DNA of 64,000 nucleotides from Felis catus (Eukaryota), in NCBI RefSeq assembly GCF_018350175.1, contig NC_058368.1, positions 155,064,001-155,128,000 of the forward strand, in the 5' to 3' direction. Under the pieces are notes generated by a model. The model made no database searches, was not told where the DNA came from, and was given only the letters and a program-made list of their open reading frames with translations. Position numbers and translations under genes: made by a program. The stretch's first letter is position 1; every line of letters begins with the position of its first letter. Positions 37,300 through 48,265 of this stretch are shown here, piece after piece.

Positions 37300-39004
37300 C
37301 CAGTCAAGAATACTCTATCCAGCAAAGTTAGCCTTCACATATGAAGGAGAAATAAAAGCTTCCCTAGACAAACAAAAACTGAGGGAGTTCATCACCATTA
37401 GACCTGCCTTACAAGAAATGAAAGGAGTTCTCCAAGCTGAAATTAAAAAACAAAAGCTCACAAACTCTGATTAAAGTTAAAGTCAGCCACAATTAGAATA
37501 TTGTTTTTAGAATAGGATATTAAGCTCTTAACTACAGCATGATGGTTAAAGGAAAAAAGCATTGAGAATAATTATAACCACTACAACTTAGTAATGAAAT
37601 CAAAGCACTAAGACATTGCTTGTGACATCAAAAATATAAAAGGGAAAGAGCAAAAGGTTGGAACTTTATGGGTGAGTGAAGATAAACTGCTATTGGCAGA
37701 AAAAGAACTATTTTATCTATCTATGTTTCATGTACACCTCCTGCTAACCACAAAGCAAAAACCTAGAGCAGAGAAATGAAACATTAAAAATGGGGGAGAC
37801 TAAGTAAGTTACCATGGAAAACTACCAACTTACAAAGGTAGACAGAAACAGAAGGAAAAAGAAATGATGGAGAGACAAAATAACCAGAAGACAAAAACTA
37901 AAATGGCCGTCACAAATCCTTACATATCAATAGTAGCCCTAAATATAAATGGATTAAACTCACCAACCAATCAAAAGGCAAGAGCGTCTAGATGGATGGG
38001 AGAAAAAAAATATCCAACTCTATTGCTGCCTACAGGAGACCCATTTCAGGTCTAAAGACACACATAGGCTCAAAACAAAAGGATGGAAGATGATATATTA
38101 AACAAATGGAAATGAAAAGTAGACAGGTATAGCCATACTTATATCAGACAAAATAATTTGTAAGCCAAAATGGGTAACAAAATACAAAGAAGATCACTAT
38201 ATAACAATAAAGGGATCAATACTTGGAGAAGATATAGCAATCATTAAGTATGCATACTCCCAACACCCAAGCATTGAAATGTGTTAAGCAAATAACAAAT
38301 CTTAAGGGTGAAATAGACAATATTAATTATAGAGAACTTCAATACCCCACTATCAACAATGGATAGGTCATCTAGACAGAAAGTCAACAAGGAAACATTG
38401 GAATTAAACCACAGTTTAGAACAAATGCTCTTAATAGATATATACAGAACATTCCACCCAATAGCAGCAGAATATGCACTCTTCTCAAGTGCACATGAAA
38501 CATTCTCCAGGATACATCATTTGACAGGTCACAAAACAAATCTTAGTCAATTTAAGAAATTTGAAAGCATACCAACTATCTTCTCTATGAAACTAGAAAT
38601 TAACAAAAGGAAAGTGAGAAGATGTACCAATATATGTAAACTAAACAACACCGTTTTAAGCAAACACTGAGTCAAAAAAGAAATTGAGAGGGAAATAAAA
38701 AAATTGTCTTGAGACAAATGTAATGAAAATGAACACATCAAACATTGTGGGATGCAGCAAAAGCAGTTCTGAGAGGAAAGTTAATATTAATAAATGCATA
38801 TATTAAGAAATTAGAAAGATCTCAAATAAATACCCTAACTTGATACCTCAAGGAACTAGGGAAAAAAAAGAACAAGCTCAAAGTTAGCAGAATGAAGGAA
38901 ATAATAAGCATCAGAGTAGAAATAAATGAAATACAGACCAGAAAAAAACAATAGAAAAGATCTACAAAACTAAGAGCTGGTTCTTTGAAAAAGTAAACAC
39001 AATT

Positions 39005-39215
39005 GGGGTGCCTGGGTGGCTCAGTTGGTTAAGCATCCAACTTCACCTCAGGTCATGATATCACAGTTTGAGTCTGAACCCCATATGGGGCTCTGTGCTG
39101 ACAGCTCAAAGCCTGAAGCCTGCTTCAGATTCTGTGTCTCCCTCTCTCTCTCCCCTGCCCCACTCATGTTCTCTCTCTCAAAATAAATAAACATTAAAAA
39201 ATTTAAAAAAAAGAA
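39005..39215 (+). mobile_element. Felid Can-SINE inside L1 ORF2
   Basis: ggggtgcctgggtggctcagttggttaag...aaataaataaacattaaaaa. Confidence 0.95.
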
Positions 39216-39237
39216 AAGATAAAATTGACAAATCTTT

Positions 39238-39390
39238 GGGTGCCTGGGTGGCTCAGTCGGTTAAGCATCCTACTTAGGCTCAGATCATGATCTCAGTGCT
39301 CATGATTTCTAGCCCCACATTGGGCTCTTTGCTGACAGCTCAGAGCCTGGAGCCTGTTTCAGATTCTGCATCTCCCTCTTTCACTGCCCC

Positions 39391-39438
<48 letters not shown>
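39238..39438 (+). mobile_element. Felid Can-SINE lacking A tail
   Basis: SINE body ends in (CT)n; TSD ataaaattgacaaatcttt / ataaaattgataaatcttt. Confidence 0.93.
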
Positions 39439-39787
39439 ATATAAAATTGATAAATCTTTAGCTAGACTAATAATGAAAAAGAAAGACGGCTCAAATAAAA
39501 TTAGAAATGAAAGAAGACACGTTACAACTGATATTACAGAAATAACAAAATCATAAGAGACTATATTAACAACTATATGCCAGAAAATTGAATAATCTAG
39601 AATAAATGAGTACATTTCTAGAAATACACAACCAACCAAGACTGAATTAGGAAGAAATAGAAAAGCTGGACAGATCAATAACAAGAGATAGAATCCAAAA
39701 TAAAAACAAAATCCTAATATAGAACACTCCAGGATCAGATGGCTTCACTAGAGAATTCTACCAAACATTTAAAGATGAATTAATGCT

Positions 39788-39996
39788 GGGGCGCCTGGGT
39801 GGCTCAGTTGGTTGAGCACCCGATGTCTGCTCAGGTCATGATCTCACAGTTTGTGACTTTGAGTCCCAGGTCGGGCTCTGTGCTGACAGCTCAGAGCCTG
39901 AAGCCTGCTTTGGATTCTGTGCCTCCCTCTCTCTGCCCCTCCCCTGTTCATGCTCTGCCTCTCTCTCTCTAAAAAAAAAACATAAAAAATTTTTTA
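39788..39996 (+). mobile_element. Felid Can-SINE inside L1 ORF2
   Basis: ggggcgcctgggtggctcag...; TSD aagatgaattaatgc / aagataaattaatgc. Confidence 0.95.
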
Positions 39997-42540
39997 AGAT
40001 AAATTAATGCCAATACCCCTCAAACTCTTCAAAAATATCAAAAGGGAGGAAACACTTCCAACTTCATTCTAAGAGGTCAGCATTACTTTAATACCAAAAC
40101 CAAATAAAGATACCACAAGAAAAGAAAACTATATACCAACATTCCCAATGAATACAGATGCAGAAATTCTCAACAAAATATTAGAAAACAAATTCAAGAA
40201 TATATTGAAAGGATTATATGCCATTACCAAGTGGGATTTATCCTTAAGGTGCAACGACATTTCAACATAGGCAAATCAATAAATGTAACACATCACATCA
40301 GTACAATGAAACATTAAAAAAAATCACATGATCATCCCAATAGATGTACAAAAAGCATTTGACAAAATGCAACATCCTTTTGTTAAAAACCCTCAATATA
40401 CTGGGTATAGAAATAACAAATCTCATCATAATTTGGGTCATATATAGCAAACCCACAGCTAACATTAAACTCAACAGAGAAAAATTGAGTCTCCCCATAA
40501 GTTCACCAACAATGTAAGAACATTCATTCCCCCCACTCCTATTCAATATAGGACTAGAATTAGGTTAAGAGATAAAGAAATAAAAGGCACCCATAGCAGA
40601 AAGGAAAAAGTAAAATTGCCATTATCTGCTGGTGATGTGATCCTATATATAAAAAAATTACTCCAAAACTGTGGGAAAAAACCAAAATTTCAGTAAAGTG
40701 GCAGGATACAAAATCAACATACAGAAAACAACTGCATTCCTTTACACTAATAAGACAGCATCAAAAAAGAATTAAGAAAAACCATCCCATTCACAATAGC
40801 ATCGAAACCAACAAAATATTTTGGAATAAATTTAAGGAATTGAATGTTCTGTACAATAAAAAGTACAAAGCTTTGCTGAAAGAAATCAAAGAACACACAA
40901 ATGGAAAAACATACATTGTTCACAAATCAGAAAACTAATATTGTTAAAATGGCTATACGGTGCAAAGCCATCCACAGATTCAACACATTTCCATCAAAAT
41001 ACCAAAGGCAGTCCTCACAAAAATAGACGAAAGAATCCTAAAATACGTATAGAACCACAAAGCCTCCAAACAGCTAAAGCAATCCTGAGAACAAAGAACA
41101 AAGCTAGAAGTATTATGCCTCCAGGCTGAAAACTATACTACAAAGCCATAGTAATAAAAAACAGTTTGGTACTGACACCAAAATAGACACACTGACCAAT
41201 AGAACAGAATAGAGAGCCCAGAATTAAACTGTGACATATGATCTTCTAATATTTAGCAGAAGTGTCAAAAATACACAATGGGAAAGAGATGGTCTCTTCA
41301 ACAAATGGTGCTGGGAAAAGTGGAGAAACATATGCAAAACAATGATTGGACCTCTATATCCCACCATTCACAAAAATTCACTCAAAATGGATCAAAGACT
41401 TAAGACCTGATACCATAAAACTTGCAGAACATAAGAAAAATCTCATCAATATTGGTGTTGGCAATAATTTTGGGGGCATAACACCAACGGTACAGACAAC
41501 AAAAGAAAATATCAACAAATGAGACTACAGCAAACTCAAAAGCTTCTGCAGAGCAAAAGAAACAATTAAAATGAAAAGATATACAGAATGCGAGAAAATT
41601 TTTTGCAAACCGTATGTTAGATAAGGGATTAATATCCAAACTATATAAAGAACTCAGTCAACTCAGTAATAAAAATACAAACAATCCAATTTGAAAATGG
41701 GAAGAAGAACTAAAAAGACATTTCCCCAAATAGGACATCTAAACAGCCAACACACAAATAAAAAGATGCTCAATATCACTAATCATTGGGGAAATGCAAA
41801 TCAAAACCACAGTGAGATTTCACCTCACAGCCGGTAGGATGGTTGTCATCAAGGAGACAGGTGCTGGCAAGGATATGGTTAAAAGGTAACCCACATACAC
41901 AGTTGATGGGAATGCAAATTGGTCCAAACACTATAGAAAACAATATGGAAGTTCCTCAAAAAATTAAAATCATATCTACCATACAACTCAGCAATTCCGC
42001 TTCTGGGTGCTTACCAATGGAAATGAAAACAGAATTTTGATGAGATCTCTGCACTCCCATGTTTTTCACAGATTCATTCAGAATAGCCAAGATATGGAAA
42101 CAACCCAAATGCCCATCAACAGGTGAATGGATAAAAAAGATGTGGCATGTTTACACAATGGAAGATTATTCAGCCATAAGAAAGGAAGATAACATTCTCC
42201 CATTTGTAACAACATGGTCGGACCTTGAGCACATAATGCTGAGCAAGATAAGTCAGACTCAGAAAGACAAGCACTATGTATCACTTATATGTGAAATCCA
42301 AAAACTTAAACTTGGAGTAAACAGAGAGTAAAATGGTGGTAACAAGGGAGTGGGGTGGAGGATAAGAGTGTTTAAGTATACAAACTTGTTACAAGTAGTA
42401 AATAAGCCATAGATATCTAGTGCACAGTATAATGAATATAGACAGTAATATTGTACTATTATTATGTAATATAATAAATATCACTGCATCAGCCATATAA
42501 CAATATATAAATGTACCAAAGTAACACCTTGCATACCTTA

Positions 42541-42814
42541 TTTTTTTATATTTTTATAAAATATATTTTATATATTTATATATATTTTTATATTTTATAT
42601 TTTTTTAATATTTATTTATTTATTTAGTTTTGAGAGAGAGGGCGCAAGTGGGGGAGGACCAGAGAGAGAGAGGGAGACACACAATCCGAAGCAAACTCCA
42701 GGCTCCAAGCTGTCAGCACAGAGCACACAGCCTGATGCAGGGCTCAAACCCACAAACCATGAGATCATGACCTGAGCCAAAGTCAGATGCTTAACTGACT
42801 GAGCCATCCAGCGG
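42541..42814 (-). mobile_element. Felid Can-SINE with AT-rich expanded tail
   Basis: Antisense SINE body; tail decayed to (T/TA) low-complexity at 42541-42625. Confidence 0.92.
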
Positions 42815-42827
42815 CCTCCACATAATT

Positions 42828-43037
42828 AAAAAAAAAATTTAATGTTTATTATTTTTGAAAGAGAGAGAGAGAGAGCAAGCAGGGAAGGTTCAGAGAGACA
42901 GGGAGAGACAGAATCAGAAGCAGGCTCCAGGCTCAGCGCTGTCAGCATGGAGCCCGATGCAGTGCTGGAACTCACAGGCCGTGAGATCATGACCTGAGCT
43001 GACGTCAGCCAAATGACTGAGCCACCCAGGCTCCCCA
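42828..43037 (-). mobile_element. Felid Can-SINE
   Basis: Antisense SINE; perfect TSD cctccacataatt (42815-42827 and 43038-43050). Confidence 0.95.
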
Positions 43038-44841
43038 CCTCCACATAATTTAAAAGTACACAGTGTTACACATCGAATTTATTCAATTTAAAAAGACAAT
43101 GAGATCATGATTTCCTATATATCAGCAGCTTAATTCTCAGCTTGGTTCCACTCACATTCAGAATGATGTGCTATAGACCTTAACATATTCGATGAAACCC
43201 TCAGGTAAGTGAATGTCCTTCTATCGATATCCTTGAGCAGCATATTTCACACAGGTCTGATGACTCGAATACAGGTGCTTCTCCGATTCACATGCTCCCT
43301 GTCAGCACTCTGTAACGGCTTATATTTTTGCTCCAGTCCTACACTTGTCAGCCCCTTATTACAGATATTCCCATTTTGTCTCAGGGATTCTCTGTGGACC
43401 TCTGGGCTCTATTTCCCTTTAAGTACTATCTTTTCAATGAATCTTTATACCTTCCTCCAGAAAGATTTTATTATTTCCTAAATACTCACTTTCTCTAAGG
43501 AAGTATCTTTCAAGATACATGCCCTTAGTGTAGCCTATCAATTTATTAGGTCCTGCATAAGGAAAAAATGTAGAAACCAATGCACAATGCTAATAACTGT
43601 GCGATAACTTAATGGATATAAATGTTTCACAAAGGTGTTGCACAAGAAGAGGCCTATTAAGTAAATGTGTGAATCTGAAGGCGGAGAAAGAGTAATTCTG
43701 TTTAATAAGATGTTTCCAGCATTATCTTACTAATTTGCTGAGGAGCAGGTACAGGCCATACAGCACTTATAAAGTAATTAGAAATCCTTGATAATTGTTT
43801 TTTTAATTAACAACAAAATTTGAAGAAAAAAAAAACCCTGCTACCCATTCCCACTTCTCTTCTGGATTAATTGTGTTAGATTCAGGGAAGGCAATTTATG
43901 CACAAGAGATTTTTCCATTCCAAATTACAGGGTGAAGATGAGCAGATTGGATACTCTTGTGTAATTTATGAAGACAGGGAGGGCCCCTTTATTTCCATTC
44001 TATTTAATGTTCCAAGAAAACCTGCTGATCATTTCTGACAAACTTTTGGTCCCTTATTAGGGGAGAGAAGATCTCACTGTAGACACTTGCTTTACCCTCA
44101 GCACTTATGCCATGTTCTATCCTCAATTACTGAAGGTCACTGAGTCACATAAGGCCAACAAAGAGAACTCTGATCATCAGCACTGATGACAAGGCCATCA
44201 GCATAGGTATAATGAGACCTGCATGGTCTACAAAAAACCAACAAGAATATTACTGTGATAAATCCACACACTTCATACTGCAAGCAAATGACTGACCAGT
44301 TAGATAGCTGGAATTGTACCCCCATGTATTTAGTCTTCTATTTTATTTCATATCGGCCATTCTGCCTACTCCTATGTTGCTCTAAGCTGAGATCAAATAT
44401 CCTCCCCAATGAAGGGAAAAGTGTTGATGAGTGTTCCATCAAAATTGATTCCCTCCTCTCCATGAGAATCTTACCAAATTTTGAAGCTTACAATTAAAAG
44501 TGTCATCTTCTGGGAAGTAATTGCTTTTCTCTGAGAATTTCACTAGCCACTTGGCTTGATGGTACTCTGTGGCAATTATTGGCTTCTGTGTTCAAAGATG
44601 ATAGGGATGCCATTTTTCTTTTACTCTGTTTTATTCCTAGGAATTGCAAATGTGCTTTGAGGTAAGATAAAGAGTAGATACAGATCCCAGTCTGATGCAT
44701 ACAGAAAAAAAGGCAAGTTGGGGAAATGTAAAATGCCCAACATGTGTCAATCCTTGCCTCTTTCATGGCTACTGAAGGAGATGGAAGGCAGACTGGCACA
44801 CTGGCGACCAATGGTTCACAAAATAAAAATATATTTATAAC

Positions 44842-44974
44842 TGAGTGACCATACATTTTCATTTGCCCAAGACAGTCTCATCCAATGCCTGTGGTACTGA
44901 TATAATTATTAAAAGTGACCTTGCTCATCCTTAAAAATGTTCTAATTTAGACAATAAGTTATATGGTGATCATA
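44842..44974. mobile_element. MER94 (hAT-Blackjack MITE)
   Basis: gtgaccatac...tttgcccaagacagtc...ataattattaa...gacaataagttatatggtga. Confidence 0.7.
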
Positions 44975-45291
44975 TTTATTATCAATCAGAAAAGAGAAGA
45001 CTTGATGCTTCATAAAATGACCTTCTGAGTTAATATGAGGTTTCTGCTGGCAGTCAACCTCAAAAAGAAAATATTTCAAGGATTGGGGTCTTGTTATATC
45101 TGTTTTTCCCAGGTTTTTACTTTCAAGAATCAGATCTTTATAAGCAGATGCAAAATCATTTCATACAACAAAGAATAGAGTACTCTAACTATTTAATCTA
45201 GCTAAAATCAACAGAGGTTGAAAATATTACAAAATAGCTCCCCTATTTCCACTGGTGTTTGTAGATCTAAAGAATTTGGCTAAAGACATCC

Positions 45292-45520
45292 CATTCATTC
45301 ATTCATTCATTCAATAGATACAGAGTGAGTATGAGGGACTGTGCTAAAGGGCTACAGGGCAGAGAAATAAACCAGAGATGGACACTGCCCCAGAGACTTC
45401 ATAGCCTAGATGGGAAGATAACAAATGTATATGATAAGCGCCCACGAGAAGGGAAATTGCATTACTACGTGAGTTCTGTGGGAAAATAGATGACTTTCTT
45501 ATGGGGAGACATGTGATATA
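45292..45520 (-). mobile_element. L2 3' terminus
   Basis: (cattc)n tail then gactgtgctaaag...gacactgcccc...cttcatagcctagatggg. Confidence 0.65.
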
Positions 45521-47308
45521 TACCAGCATAATCTTCATAGTTGTTAACATCTTGAAATACTTCCAAATTCTCCACTTATTTAGAATGTAAGTCACCCATG
45601 ATGCCCAACAGGAGCCCCAGCAGCAGTTAAGAGTCCAGGCACATTGGTGGTGAGGAGAAGGGGCACCCAAATAGCTTCTGAGTAGACAGGCAGCTGCCAA
45701 GGTGGTGGTGGTAAGGCAGAGGACCCACCCACTGCTCAGGAACAGTCCAGCATTGGCAGGCCTTCAGGGAGTGTCACTGGCATCAACATTATCAGCAGGG
45801 GCCTGGGCCTGGGCTCTAGAGATTGAGGCATCAGAGAAATGCCAGGTTTCAGATACATATCCAGCCAAAAGCATGGGCAGCACACCCAGCCTCCTCCAGC
45901 TGCAACAAAACATCAGGCACCAGCTGCCTGACAACCTTGTCACTTTGTTCTCTGTGGAAACACATTTATATAATCGCTATAGACTATTATTCTCTTGATT
46001 TTTACCAAGGGTCAGTGTAAGAAACGACCATATGAATACATTTTCTGTCTCCTCTAAAGGCTACTATTAAAGATATTTTCTTTTATTATAGTAATCCTGG
46101 GTTAGATTCCTGTTACAGTTTATTTCCGGGAACATTTTCTTCTTACCAACTCATATATATCCTTTTATTAGAAAATGAATACTACATGACTCATGGAATT
46201 TCTTTATTGGCCTTTGTGACCTGCACAGGAACTAAATGTAATGTGCAGTTGTAGAAATTATCCTTAGCTTAGATATCAGGTCCAATAATCTCCCCCACTC
46301 CTTTACATAGCCCTCAGTGTTTTAGCCTTATTCTAATGTCTTAATGTATATGTGTAATCCACATCAAATATTTCTAAAATAAGCAACACATATCAAGTAC
46401 CAGATATGCGTACATATATATAGTACTAAATATTTTGAGTCTTATACCGAATGTTCATGGCAGTGCTAAACAGATGAAGTATTCACTCCTTTGTGGACAG
46501 TCTCATCCAACTCTGCCTTTTCTTACGTGCCCGTATTTGTCACGTTCTTGGCCCGTATTTGTCAAATAGTAGAATAAATGCACACCACATTGAGAGAATA
46601 TTATTCTCGAGATCACAGCGAGGGTAAAATGCTACCATAATGCCACCTTCATTTTCTGAACTCAATGTGTAACAAACATTGCTGAAAGTAAATGTAATCA
46701 AGAAATGTTTTTTGACTATTTGGGTATTTCATGGCATTTGATACATCAAAGATTTGAATTGGAACACGACTGAAAGAAAAACCTATCTGCAACCATAACA
46801 CAAAATTTTGCACTTAGCAGAATGCCCAGTATGTCTGTATCTCAAGGAGCCCCTTCATTTTCAGTTTCCAGGGCTGAAGACCCCCTTTGGAACTATAACA
46901 AATTAAGAGGTGTGTGATTCTTGGAGCTTTGTCTCTCTTACATTAATAAAGACTAATCATGTTTAAACATGTTAGCACAGCAAGCCCAGGGATGTGGGAT
47001 AGGATGCCAGCTCTAAAGTGAAATTAGTAGTGTGAAGGAAGCTATGTGAAAAATCGTGGAGAGAACTTGATTGAAAATGAAAATGAGGTGTCTTTTGAAG
47101 AAGACGGCCTAGAAGCCTGACAATATGAACCAATAAAATAAGGTTAAAAATATAACAGAAAAAAGCTGGTCTCTATGAGATTTAAATAACTCTTTGGCCA
47201 CTGTCTACAAGCAACTGCATTCAAAGAAGGGATAAACCATACCTACTCTATGCATATTGTACAGAAGATAACTTTCAGAAAGGATTCCAGAGCAGATCCT
47301 CTGTGTAT

Positions 47309-47309
<1 letters not shown>

Positions 47310-47391
<82 letters not shown>

Positions 47392-47393
47392 AA
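47310..47393. repeat. (GAAA)21 perfect tetranucleotide microsatellite
   Basis: Direct count of 84 nt. Confidence 0.97.
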
Positions 47394-48149
47394 ACTCTCT
47401 TTAAAACCAGAGAAAACTCCCTCCCTCTCTCCCTCTCTCCCTCTCTTTCTGAAATACACACAATGTTTCTACCTTGATCCCTCCACCTCTGAACTCTTAA
47501 ATAAGTACAGGTATCCAAAGCTTTCTTTTCTCTTGGATGGAACCCCTCCAACAACAGGAACCTGCTGATCCCCCACCATCACCACCATTACCACCACCAT
47601 CACGGCATTAGTTATGAAGCTCTGTTCCCTCTTCTATTATTGCTCGACTAAAATGTTTACATTTATAACTCATTGAACTACTTGCCGTGACGGTGTGTGC
47701 CTACATCTATGCTTCATGGCTGCTGGGGAGAATTAAGACATCACTTGGAGGCACCAGGGACTCTCTGTTCATGGTGAGAGCACCCATGTGCCAAAAGAGT
47801 GGAGCTTACATATTATATCTGAAGCACTTTTTGAGAGAGGCAAGAGCACATACACAGGGCACACATAATAAGTCAGGCTATCATGAGCCCCAAATCGCTT
47901 GTTAAGTGTCGTGAACACTTAACTGCACAATGCCACTGCCTCAAGGTAAGTCGTTCTTACACACAAGGAGTCAGGACCTCTGACAGCCTTATTCATTTTG
48001 CCCTAATTTCTTCATGATACGTGGGATTTCTTTATTTAATTATTTTTCTTTTGGGGCCAATTTGCGTTATACACATTTATATTATGGTACACCTAGTTCA
48101 CACAGTTGTCTAAATCAAGAAAAGGGAGGAAGAGGAGGAGGAGAAAAAT

Positions 48150-48265
48150 AATTTATTTTATACTTGCTATATGCTAAGATCTTTAAGTGCATCATCTCAC
48201 TGGAGCCTTATGCCAACAAATTCAGGATTATTTTTGTCCCCGTTATATAGATTTGTGATGAATTG
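48150..48265 (-). mobile_element. MIR fragment
   Basis: tgctaagatctttaagtgcatcatctcactggagcctt...attatttttgtccccgttatatagat. Confidence 0.5.

Larger units (their letters stand above)
37903..42260 (+). pseudogene. Disrupted L1 ORF2 (endonuclease/reverse transcriptase) remnant
   Basis: ORF-track fragments 37864-38055, 38359-38670 and 42059-42331 are recognisable L1 ORF2 peptides; many stops, frameshifts and three SINE insertions. Confidence 0.85.
34391..43094 (+). mobile_element. Near-full-length decayed L1 (L1MA9/L1_Carn-like 3' end): 5'UTR, ORF1, ORF2, 3'UTR
   Basis: G-rich 5' start; ORF1 remnants about 35220-37440; ORF2 endonuclease start MAVTNPYISIVALNINGLNSP at 37903; FSSAHETFSRI; mutated FADD motif near 40625; C-terminal IAKIWKQPKCPSTGEWIKKMW; 3'UTR to about 43094. 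No clear flanking TSD, so the 5' boundary is approximate. Confidence 0.9.

Noticed and set aside
43160..43265. Possible C/D-box snoRNA (atgatg...ctga) and cag|gtaagt recursive splice site
   Set aside because: C box imperfect, no terminal stem or recognisable guide, and no polypyrimidine tract before the cag
47205..47554. Low-complexity ORFs (FFLS)n / (RKKE)n
   Set aside because: Artefacts of the (GAAA)n microsatellite
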